A stretch of DNA of 63,739 nucleotides, the filler included, from Octopus bimaculoides (Eukaryota): NCBI RefSeq assembly GCF_001194135.2. It is 8 parts of 8 records of this genome, joined end to end, with 100 filler letters (N's around TTAATTAATTAA, not from the genome) between each part and the next. Parts side by side here need not be neighbours in the genome. Positions count along the whole stretch, not along the records: positions 32,975 to 55,009 come from NC_068981.1; positions 55,110 to 57,126 come from NC_068995.1; positions 57,227 to 59,905 come from NC_068984.1; positions 60,006 to 61,169 come from NW_026300901.1; positions 61,270 to 62,598 come from NW_026316515.1; positions 62,699 to 63,739 come from NC_069007.1; 2 more parts are not named here. One strand, 5' to 3'. This document shows positions 53,701 through 63,739 of this stretch, piece by piece (positions within the stretch are counted from its first letter, which is position 1; every line of letters starts with the position of its first letter). Under the pieces are notes generated by a model. That model was not told the origin of the DNA and made no database searches. It was given only the letters and a program-made list of their open reading frames with translations. A program made the position numbers and the translations under genes.

Positions 53701-55009
53701 CTCAATTTTAAAATCCCTCCAAGATTTCGCCCCGGGCTATCCGCCCACTACAAAAATCGAACTCAGGACACATAGCAACAACACGCCACAATTTCTTTAC
53801 CTCAACCAGTCCAGCTCTCTTTAATACCATACCAAAATACGTAAAAATGGAAACGGATCCCATAAAATTCCAATGTTCACAGGACAAATTTCTTCAGAAA
53901 ATTCAGGACCAACCTCCTACACCCGGATTTTCTCCAACAATCGTAACGCTTTGCTAGAGTGGTGCCTAAAAGAATTCAACGGGTGGTGCTATGAAGTTAG
54001 ATATGGCCTGGGTTTAAATATATTTTGGGTTGCAGTTATACATAGGGAAGACTTAGATACTTAATTATATACATTTATACATACTCTTATTGTTGTATGT
54101 TGTGGTGACATGAAAGAGTTTCAATTGGTATGTGTTTGAGACGTAATGAAGTGAATTTCGATGGTTGTGGATTACGCTTACTTGATTGTATCGTCTGTTA
54201 AAATGTTTTTGTTGTTTTTTTTTTCTTATTGTAACTGATGAATGATTGAATAGTTAACGCACGCGCTCATAACACAAAGACATTTGAATTAACTTTTACA
54301 ATCCAGCCGTCCTTTCACGCGGAAATGCGTCTTTTTCTAAACCATGACCCTGAAGTGACTTTATATGTAAGAGAACTGTGATTACGCATATATATAAAAA
54401 ATAACATAAGTCGAAACAATTTGTTGGCCTTTTATGTTTTTTATGATTATTCATGTTATGTAATATTATCTTATGTTATATTATATTCATAGTGTTTAAT
54501 GTAATATTGTAATATAAATAAATTATTGAAGTGTCAATATATGGTATCCAACTGACGTACCAGTGAATTGGATGTTTAACACAACCCCTTGAAGGATTTC
54601 TTTTCCTCAGTTTGTTACNNNNNNNNNNNNNNNNNNNNNNNNNNNNNNNNNNNNNNNNNNNNNNNNNNNNNNNNNNNNNNNNNNNNNNNNNNNNNNNNNN
54701 NNNNNNNNNNNNNNNNNNNNNNNNNNNNNNNNNNNNNNNNNNNNNNNNNNNNNNNNNNNNNNNNNCATACATTCATACATATATACATACATACGTACAT
54801 ATATATATAGCTGGTCACTACATGTCCTTTTTTAATTACTGATATGACATAATTATGTCACATGTGTTTGTATATAGTTATTATTGTCCTCTTAGTTAAC
54901 AAATAAACAAGTAAATTGACACAACACAATGTCTGCAAGTTGATGACTACCACCTTTTAACCTCCATTTTCTTATTGCTATTTATATATATGTGTGTGTG
55001 TGTGTGTGT

Positions 55010-55109
55010 NNNNNNNNNNNNNNNNNNNNNNNNNNNNNNNNNNNNNNNNNNNNTTAATTAATTAANNNNNNNNNNNNNNNNNNNNNNNNNNNNNNNNNNN
55101 NNNNNNNNN
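55010..55109. other. Synthetic scaffold spacer
   Basis: 44 N + TTAATTAATTAA (55054-55065) + 44 N. Confidence 0.95.
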
Positions 55110-56689
55110 ATGATTAGCAAATGTTTAACTGATTACCTCAGCACAACACTACTGTAGATTAGAATATTCAGAGCAAGACTCTATAAAGTTCAAGTAAAGC
55201 CTACAATAAACTACTGCTCTCACTTCTGGAATGGTGCTGCTGCTACACACGCAGACATACGGGACCGTGTCCAGAGAAAAAGCATTCGACTGGTTGGTAT
55301 TCAATCGTTCACTGACACACTTCAGCCTCTGGTCCACAGGTGTACTGGCTCCTCTCTCTCTATCGCTCCTGTAATGATCTCTGTTTCTCGGAGCTGGCTG
55401 GTCCCGTACCTCCTCCAATTAAACATTTCCAAGCCATTCCTCTCTCCATCTCTAATCATCCTTATTGTGTCTGGTTCCGTAGTAAGCATTAGGCTCTTTA
55501 ACTTCCTAGAACATCAGGCTTCTGGAATCATCTCCCTTATCATGCCTTACCTTATTTAGAAATGAAATTTCAAATTTTATATTTGTAAAAGTTTTGAAAT
55601 ATTTTCTATCAATTTAATAACAATTTTTCTAAAGCGACCAAAACAATCCCATATTTTTAATAACTATTTAATAGATAAATGCGTACCTGATGCTTATATT
55701 TTCAAGTCATAACATAAAATATATCAAACTTTTAATTCCTGTCAAGTATCAACTTCGATGCACACATCTCATTAATACGCGTAACGTATCTCAGAACATA
55801 GTCTTCTGGAATCCTCTCCCCAGTCAATTCTTTTTGCAGATGTTGACATCCACCAGTTTAAACAGAACCATCAATAACAACAAATTCATCAGACTCGGAG
55901 CTTGCAGAGGTCATGGGCACTGTCCTATTCTCTAGACCGTGCAAGTGAAGAAAACACAACTAAAGAAGATAAACACACAAAGCAAGACAAAACCAACGCC
56001 CCATCACCAAGGAAACATGGTGTTTGTGCAAATAAGTGAAGAAATATATAAAAAAAAGAAAAACATATGTATTCGAAACAAATAATTTTTCATCGATGCC
56101 CAGAAGTTTTGATTTATTGCTTTATATGATAATGTGAGTGCAAAGACAAACAAGAGAAAAAGAGAAAAGTACTTTATGTTTTATATAACGACTTTCTTTC
56201 AGAGTGAACCACAGTCTGCCATTGGTTACTTGATCATTGTACTAAAACTTATACCCACTTGTATTTCAATTCCATCTCTATGCAGATTAGCAACTTTCAC
56301 TTCAACTCACAAAGGACTTATATAGTTTATATTGAATGAAACAAATACTTGTACTAAACTACTGGAAATTCTTCTCAATTACCTGAACTTTCAAGGATAG
56401 ATTTCTTTTATTGTCCATTAATTACATTTTCCTCGGCCGCCTTCCTGTTCCAATATTTCCTCCTTCATTATTCTGCATATTAAAACACAATGTTTTCATA
56501 ACAATTTTATAAGATATTTTATTACTCTCAAATCAATTAGTTTTTAAGCCCCTTGATATAAAAATTTATTAAGTTACTTAATATCGCAGTGTCCCAAATT
56601 AAAAGTCATTGGATTTTTTCCACCATTTAACTCAAATATCAATCTATCTATCTATCTGTCTGATTATCTATCTATCTTGTGTGTACATA

Positions 56690-57126
56690 TAATAGTATTT
56701 TATAAGCTTAAAGCGATCACTGCGCAATGACTAAAGAAAGTAGTCTAATAATGGGACATATAAGCCCTCGACAGAAAAAGTAGGTTTTACGTACGCGTAG
56801 GACTCGAACCCCACCTCTGTTTACGCGACCGAGTGTGCTATCGATTATACTAGTGAACCTACCTGCTTTTTCTTTCAGATTTAAGAACTATGATTAGTTC
56901 GTAGTTGTTTTTGTAAACAAACTATTATGTGCTTTTTTACTGCGGGTGGATTTGTTAAGTAGTGCTGATTTTTACAATTCTGTAAATAATAATAATAGTA
57001 TTTTATAAGCTTAAAGCGATCACTGCGCAATGACTAAAGAAAGTAGTCTAATAATGGGACATATAAGCCCTCGACAGAAAAAGTAGGTTTTACGTACGCG
57101 TAGGACTCGAACCCCACCTCTGTTTA
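56690..57126. repeat. 303-bp tandem unit plus an identical partial second copy running into a gap
   Basis: 56690-56823 is repeated exactly at 56993-57126. Confidence 0.85.
56790..56859 (-). pseudogene. tRNA-like Pol III cassette inside the 303-bp unit
   Basis: GGTTCACTAGTATAATCG (A-box), loop CGCGTAA, perfect B-box GGTTCGAGTCC, T5 about 10 nt downstream. The acceptor stem does not pair. Confidence 0.65.
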
Positions 57127-57226
57127 NNNNNNNNNNNNNNNNNNNNNNNNNNNNNNNNNNNNNNNNNNNNTTAATTAATTAANNNNNNNNNNNNNNNNNN
57201 NNNNNNNNNNNNNNNNNNNNNNNNNN
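57127..57226. other. Synthetic scaffold spacer
   Basis: 44 N + TTAATTAATTAA (57171-57182) + 44 N. Confidence 0.95.
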
Positions 57227-58487
57227 GAAGACAGATAGATAAATAGATAGAGAGGATGGTGGAGGGAGGAAGTGGAACAAGGAGGGAGGGACAGAAGGGT
57301 ATAACAGTGAAGTAGAGGCCAGGACAGAGGTATAGATAGAACGATAGAGGAAGACAGATAGATAAATAGATAGAAAGATAGATAGATAGATAGATAGACA
57401 GATGGATAGATAGATAGATAGAAAGATAGAGTCACGTCAGAATAATAGTAGACTTACTTGCAAAAAAGGACGCGTGCGTTCAATAATGTAATAATACACA
57501 CACACAAAAGTAACGTGACTAGTCTTTTCCATTGTGTTAACCACAGTTAAAAGTCATAGGCCTGAATATTGCAGCTGTTGTTGCTGCTGCTCTTTAGCTG
57601 AAGACCACCACTGAATGAGCAGACCGATAAATAATCTACGCATCCCGGCCATGAACGTCCTGTTTTTATGTATGCGCTATAACTTGTTTCCGGTAAGTTT
57701 AGTAAGATATCATTCCGAACATGACCATTCCCGTCAATTTTATAAAATCAGAGATTTTCTCACTTTAGTATAAACGAAAATGTTCCAACAATGACCGTTA
57801 CTGACTTTTCTTATTCAAATTTCAACACTAATAAAGATAGAACTAGATACTCTCGATTATTTCAAGTTTAAAAGGCAAAAGCAATAGAGCAGCAGCGTGA
57901 AACTTGAGGGATAATTTGGTAGCCATTTTTATGCAAGCCGAGCGACCGTTCATAATCGTTCTTTGGGGGTGAGAAGTGGGTAAAAATGGAAAAGTGGTTG
58001 GCACCATAATATTCTGCAAGCTAAGTGTCGGCGTAAACATGGAGAAAGTACTTACAATAGTGAACGACAGGTATTTACCTTAGATAAAAGATAAGTCAAA
58101 TATATTAGCCCCAGCATGGCCACAGCCTTAGGGCTGAAACATATAAAATAATAAAAGAATGTCTTATGTATAAGTGATATACAGGGCTGGCCAGGAGTCA
58201 CGCGACAGTAAATCAAAATTCCATAAATACTATATGTAATTATGTATTGATTCGAATTAGAAAATGTGTCGCTCAAGATCGCTTAAGTTTGAACAATTTT
58301 CACGATGTTTCATATTTAGATGCTTTTATTAAATTCATTCAGTTATTAAACATAAATAAATCTTTGAATTAAATGGGTTTGATTTACTGTCAGGTGACTT
58401 TTCGCCAACCCTGTATAAGCCTTTTGCATAATAGATAAGCCCTATATATTGGCTTTATCTATATATATATATTAGTTTTATATAAGA

Positions 58488-58775
58488 AGGAGCATGGCTT
58501 AGTGGTTAGGGGTATTCGGCTCACGATATTAAGGCCATGAGGTCGATACCAGGCGGTGTGTTGTGTCCGTAAGCAAGATGCTTTATTTCACGTTGCTCTA
58601 GTCCACTTAGGTGTCAAAAGTGAGTAGCACCTGTAATTCTAAAGGGTCAGTCTTGTCACATTCTGTTTCATGCTGAATCTCCGTGAGAACTACGTTAAAG
58701 ATACACGTGTCAATGGAGGGCTCAACCGTTGATCGGATCAACTGGAACTCTCGTCGTAACCAACGAAGTGGCAGT
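58488..58775 (+). mobile_element. Near full-length SINE (second family)
   Basis: Head GGCTTAGTGGTTAGGG...GGTCGATACC, then AAGCAAGATGCTTTATTTCACGTTGCTCTAGTCCAC and GTTGATCGGATCAACTGGAAC. Confidence 0.7.
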
Positions 58776-59171
58776 TATTAGCTTTATATATATATATATA
58801 TAAATAAATATATATATATATATACAAATTAAAAGGGGTAAAGGTTTATCAATTTATTAATTTATTAATAAATCAACAATTAATAATTTTTACCAAGCCC
58901 TGCTATCTGTTGGAGTCTCAGCTTTTTTAGCTGCTATTTCTGAACTTCGGTATGTGGTGAAGCAAATGTTTGCTGATCCCTTAATTATGTTTATNNNNNN
59001 NNNNNNNNNNNNNNNNNNNNNNNNNNNNNNNNNNNNNNNNNNNNNNNNNNNNNNNTATATATATATATAAGTACATGTCTTAAATGTATGTATTTTATTA
59101 ATTTGCCTGTACGGCTGGTATTCGCTTGCTACTAGTGATGGTATTGATAATATTCTCGCTCTCATAATCTT

Positions 59172-59447
59172 TTTACTTTTTTTAACTCTTTTACTTGTTT
59201 CAGTCATTTGACTGCGGCCATGCTGGAGCACCGCCTTTAGCCGAGCAAATCGACCCCGGGACTTATTCTCTGTAAGCCTAGTACTTATTCTATTGGTCTC
59301 TTTTACCGAACCGCTGGATTACGGGGACGTAAACACACCAGCATCGGTTGCCAAGCGATGTTGGGGGGACAAACACAGAGAAACAAACACACACACACAC
59401 ATATATATACATATACATTTATATACGGGCTTCTTTCATATCTACTT
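59172..59447 (-). mobile_element. 5'-truncated SINE, well conserved
   Basis: TTTCAGTCATTTGACTGCGGCCATGCTGGAGCACCGCC...CCGAACCGCT...AAACACACCAGCATCGG; same family as 7905-8546. Confidence 0.8.
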
Positions 59448-59806
59448 GTATATTGTCTTCTATCAATCCAAAACAAAATCTACTATGTCAAGAACTGAAC
59501 CTGATACGGAGAATTTTAAAAGAGATTTGTTCTTTACAGATCCTATCAAATTTCTAACTTTATAAAACGGATTTAAACAGAAAATATAAAAATCTCTAGA
59601 ACCCCACGAAAAAAATGCCATTTTTGTATTCTGTACACATACACACACACACACGCACCCTCATCACACACACACACACAGTGACACACACAGAAACGCA
59701 CACACAGACATACACACACAGACACACAGACACACATACATCTGGATACATATATATACATGTACGTATGTGTTTGTAATTAAATTTATGCATATATATT
59801 ATACAT

Positions 59807-59839
<33 letters not shown>

Positions 59840-59905
59840 GATATAAGGTAATGATAGACTAAAAATAAGAATTGATATAAAGGTAGAAATATGTACACGT
59901 ATATA

Positions 59906-60005
59906 NNNNNNNNNNNNNNNNNNNNNNNNNNNNNNNNNNNNNNNNNNNNTTAATTAATTAANNNNNNNNNNNNNNNNNNNNNNNNNNNNNNNNNNNNNNN
60001 NNNNN
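59906..60005. other. Synthetic scaffold spacer
   Basis: 44 N + TTAATTAATTAA (59950-59961) + 44 N. Confidence 0.95.
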
Positions 60006-61169
60006 TGCTATTGCCAGTCACCAAACTAAACCATTGTTTGCTGGGATGTGTTTGAGGTACCATCAGAGTCAGAAAAGTTCTACCCTCATTGATGTTAGAG
60101 ATTGGAAACATTTCATCATTTGGCACAACACACCACACGGATATACTAAACATCGCTGAGATTTATGAAACACAACCTTTAGCATCTAAACCCCATTGGG
60201 ATATACTAAGCACAGACTTTGTCATCCAATTTTATATCAACGCTAACCTGCCTAAAAGTAATGCTATTTCCATTTTCATTGCTGACAACTCTAAGAAGCA
60301 AAGTATATCCAATTGTAAAATAATTGCCATTATTCTATACAAATGTTTGGATTTGCACAACCATCAACAAAAGTAGACAAGAAAAAAAATTAATTTCACA
60401 AAGTGGACTTGGTTGAGTTTGTGACTAAATGACCAGTCATTCAGCTTTTAAAATCAGCATAGAAGTGTAACACTGCACTATAGATCTCAGTAACACTATA
60501 CTCCTTGATAGACATATGTGTACTTGAAAAAGTACACATCATTAATACAGATATGATACAGAGACCCAAATTATCTCGAAATCTTCTCCCCAGCAAAGAT
60601 ATGACCACCATGTCGTTACCAATATGAACAGCATAATAATTATAGAAATAATGAGAAGAAAAATACGTTTCATATTTAATCAAGAAAAAATATGATCAAC
60701 ATATGGAAGGGGACACGAATTAAGTGATGTGTTTAAGGTAGCATCAGAGTCAGAAAAGTTGAAACCCTCATTGGTATTAGGGACTACAAGAAAAGACTTC
60801 ATCATTTGATACAACACATCAGCAGGAGATTACTCAATTGAAACACTGACAATTCAAAGCTATAAAAAACATTGAATTTGTTACACTGAGAAACGCAATG
60901 TCTCCATAACAAACCACAATAATTTACAAAACAAAAGGAAACCCACACATTTTGTATCATAGAAAGTAGCACACAAACAACCTCCACCACATCAGTGCAA
61001 TTCTGAAAGCAAATCAGGAATCTGCTTGATAAGCAAGACATCACCATAATCATTAGTAGTTTTGCTTGGTTTTTCTTGGGCGAGGCGGTTGTAGGTCGGT
61101 TGAGGAGGTTATAGAAATGCAATTTTTATTAAGGTAAAATATTTTTACAGGAAGAAAAAAATTAAAAGT

Positions 61170-61269
61170 NNNNNNNNNNNNNNNNNNNNNNNNNNNNNNN
61201 NNNNNNNNNNNNNTTAATTAATTAANNNNNNNNNNNNNNNNNNNNNNNNNNNNNNNNNNNNNNNNNNNN
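61170..61269. other. Synthetic scaffold spacer
   Basis: 44 N + TTAATTAATTAA (61214-61225) + 44 N. Confidence 0.95.
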
Positions 61270-61964
61270 AGTCTCATGACTGAGAAGCAAACTTCATAAC
61301 CATTCAAACATATTTATATTAATTTGTTACACTCACCAAGTTAATAAAATAGTATGAACACTCTACATTATGTATTGAGCTCTATTTCTCTTGTTTGGAT
61401 AAGGAGCTCTTCATAAAAATAGCTGAATGTTGACAGCTAACATTTTGAAATTGACACACCAGACATCTCCTTTATTTACTTATTCATTTATTTATTTATC
61501 CGCTCAATCATTCATTCTGTGGATTTTCTGTTCCAAACATAAAACCTCTCTTGCTGATCTTGTGAAACTTTAATATATGTAAAACTGTGTTGCATGATGC
61601 ATGCTTGCATGCATTTTGTTGTTGTGGAGATAACAATAATAATAATAATAATAATAATAAAAACAAAGAAAATATGTTCTACACTAAGATTTTGAAAAAA
61701 AATTTAATCTATTGAGAAGATTACAGTTTTATATATATTACATCACGTTGTCAATTTTTTTTTTTTTTTTTGTAAGTCGCCATCATCATTCTTTATGCTA
61801 GTTCAGTTTGCAGACACTTATATTGTTCTTTTTTATATCTCTTTCAAGTTTTGATTTTTGTCTGTTTTTCTTATCTTCATTACATATGAGCTTCAGAAAT
61901 ATTTTTGCCTTTTGTAAGAGACTGTACTTAAAATGAAGTGTTGCTGATATTATTGTGTTCACTA

Positions 61965-62121
61965 TTATTATTATTATTATCATTATTTATTGTTATTATT
62001 ATTATTATTATTTATTATTATTATTATCATTATTTATTATTATTATTATTATTATTTATTATTATTATTATTTATTATTATTATTATTATTTATTATTAT
62101 TATTATTATTTATTATTATTA

Positions 62122-62175
<54 letters not shown>

Positions 62176-62190
62176 ATCATTATTATTATT
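61965..62190. repeat. Interrupted (ATT)n microsatellite
   Basis: ATT repeats with periodic single-T insertions; source of the poly-I/Y/L ORFs. Confidence 0.95.
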
Positions 62191-62598
62191 GCAGTTACTT
62201 TTATTATAGTTCTGTTTGGTATACATATATTGTGTTAGTATATTTTGTCAAATCACAACCAACTTTTTTTTTAAAGCATTGCAATCTTTTTCATTAGACA
62301 TTTTCTCACTTTTGTGTGAAAGAAAGAAAAAACATTAAATAAAAAACAAACCCAGATATGTTAAAAGAACCACTTCTGAATACATCATTAAAATAAGTAA
62401 TGAAACTGCATACCATATACCAGACATAGTCACAAAGTTACTGTTAGAATATATGACAAAAACATCAGAACTAGAAAGGCTTTCTCTTCCACATGAAACT
62501 ACAAACTGTCAAACTATTATGGATGCTGGTACGGGTGTGTCGTTGAGAAGCTTACTTTGCAACCATAGGATTTAGAGTTCAATTCCACTGCACAATAT

Positions 62599-62698
62599 NN
62601 NNNNNNNNNNNNNNNNNNNNNNNNNNNNNNNNNNNNNNNNNNTTAATTAATTAANNNNNNNNNNNNNNNNNNNNNNNNNNNNNNNNNNNNNNNNNNNN
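62599..62698. other. Synthetic scaffold spacer
   Basis: 44 N + TTAATTAATTAA (62643-62654) + 44 N. Confidence 0.95.
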
Positions 62699-62917
62699 TA
62701 TATATATGTTGCCTTAATTCTTCGAAACGCCGGAGTTTTAATGGTGGCAGCTGATGAAGGGGATGTTTCTATGTGGCCTGCTTGTTTGTTGCACCTTGTT
62801 TACCATTTTGTCCTTGTTCTTTTGCCACGTCATGTACCCAGTTATGTATCTATATGTACATATAGATGAACGTATATACATACATGTACATATATATGCA
62901 TATACTCATATATTGTT

Positions 62918-62948
<31 letters not shown>

Positions 62949-62965
62949 TTTGTTTTTTCATGCAG

Positions 62966-63343
62966 CAACAACTTGAAATCACCAGCTTCTTCATTAAGGA
63001 ACCATCAGATGCATTTGGCAGCAAGAAAAATACCAGCAAGAGGGTACAACGGGCATTACAGCGCTGCCAACAGGTGATGGCAGTATGTGATGAGAAACCT
63101 ACAACTTCACTCAATGAACAGCGAATGAAGAAGGCTAAAGAAGTGGTTGAACAGATGAGAAAAGTGGGTTCGCTACCCCCATGTCACCCTTCGTTACCAG
63201 TTAAAAGGAAAGGGCCAGGTAGCAAGAGCAAAGCGACTTCCAGCAGAGGAAGCCAACCACTTTTGGCAAAAGTTGCCCGCTCAACGGCACCAGTGAATTA
63301 TAAACTGTCTGAAAGCAGCAGCAGTGATTCGGATGTCAATTGA
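62966..63343 (+). CDS. ERCC5: Terminal coding exon, probably XPG/ERCC5 structure-specific endonuclease (125 aa + stop)
   Basis: Polypyrimidine tract and CAG acceptor (AG at 62964-62965), phase 0. QQLEITSFF...SKRVQRAL matches the XPG PIP box TQLRIDSFF...SQRLNRAV, which from memory also begins the last human exon. Basic NLS-like KRKGPGSK and Ser/acidic end LSESSSSDSD. Confidence 0.65.
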   Translation, partial: QQLEITSFFIKEPSDAFGSKKNTSKRVQRALQRCQQVMAVCDEKPTTSLNEQRMKKAKEVVEQMRKVGSLPPCHPSLPVKRKGPGSKSKATSSRGSQPLLAKVARSTAPVNYKLSESSSSDSDVN

Positions 63344-63507
63344 TAGTGACAGAAATTTTGTTGATATTTTGGTTTGGTTTCCATGGCCTTTTTTGGACAT
63401 TTTATATATGTCAGACTGAGCTGAGGTGAGTGGGATTTGAACTGAGAACTAGAGCCCCATGGGGGTGGGTTGGGGTGCAGTGAAATACTATAAGTGTATT
63501 TAGTTTG

Positions 63508-63739
63508 TCATCATCATCATCATCATCGTTTAACGTCCGCTTTCCATGCTAGCATGGGTTGGACGATTTGACTGAGGACTGGTGAAACCGGATGGCAACA
63601 CCAGGCTCCAGTCTGATTTGGCAGAGTTTCTACAGCTGGATGCCCTTCCTAACGCCAACCACTCAGAGAGTGTAGTGGGTGCTTTTACGTGTCACCCGCA
63701 CGAAAACGGCCACGCTCGAAATGGTGTCTTTTATGTGCC
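63508..63739 (-). mobile_element. 3' half of a young SINE, inverted copy of 1-232
   Basis: Reverse complement matches 1-232 with 3 mismatches (left positions 42, 125, 202). Confidence 0.9.

Noticed and set aside
55140-55560. Possible LINE ORF1 remnant on the minus strand
   Set aside because: The similarity is too faint to support without a search.

Overview
Eukaryotic, AT-rich, microsatellite-dense DNA that looks like an Octopus genome assembly. I infer this from recognisable SINE and MITE families and have not verified it by search. It is not one contiguous locus: seven synthetic 100-bp spacers (44 N + TTAATTAATTAA + 44 N) join eight separate scaffold pieces. Most of the window is decayed mobile DNA: tRNA-derived SINEs, RTE, CR1, L1/Tx1 and Dong/R4-like LINE fragments, a Penelope element, mariner/Tc1 remnants and MITEs, and a 1-kb long-TIR element carrying TTAGGG repeats. 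The only credible host coding sequence is a probable terminal exon of XPG/ERCC5 (62966-63343). The window starts and ends with a 232-bp near-perfect inverted repeat, but these are two copies of a common SINE, not the ends of a giant transposon. I found no convincing novel multi-gene system. The best leads are three unrelated-looking ~290-303-bp tandem units that each carry a degenerate tRNA-like Pol III cassette, a U6 snRNA fragment embedded inside a Penelope RT, and several template-switch or inversion scars. Boundaries of decayed repeats are approximate, and family assignments come from remembered motifs rather than database searches.
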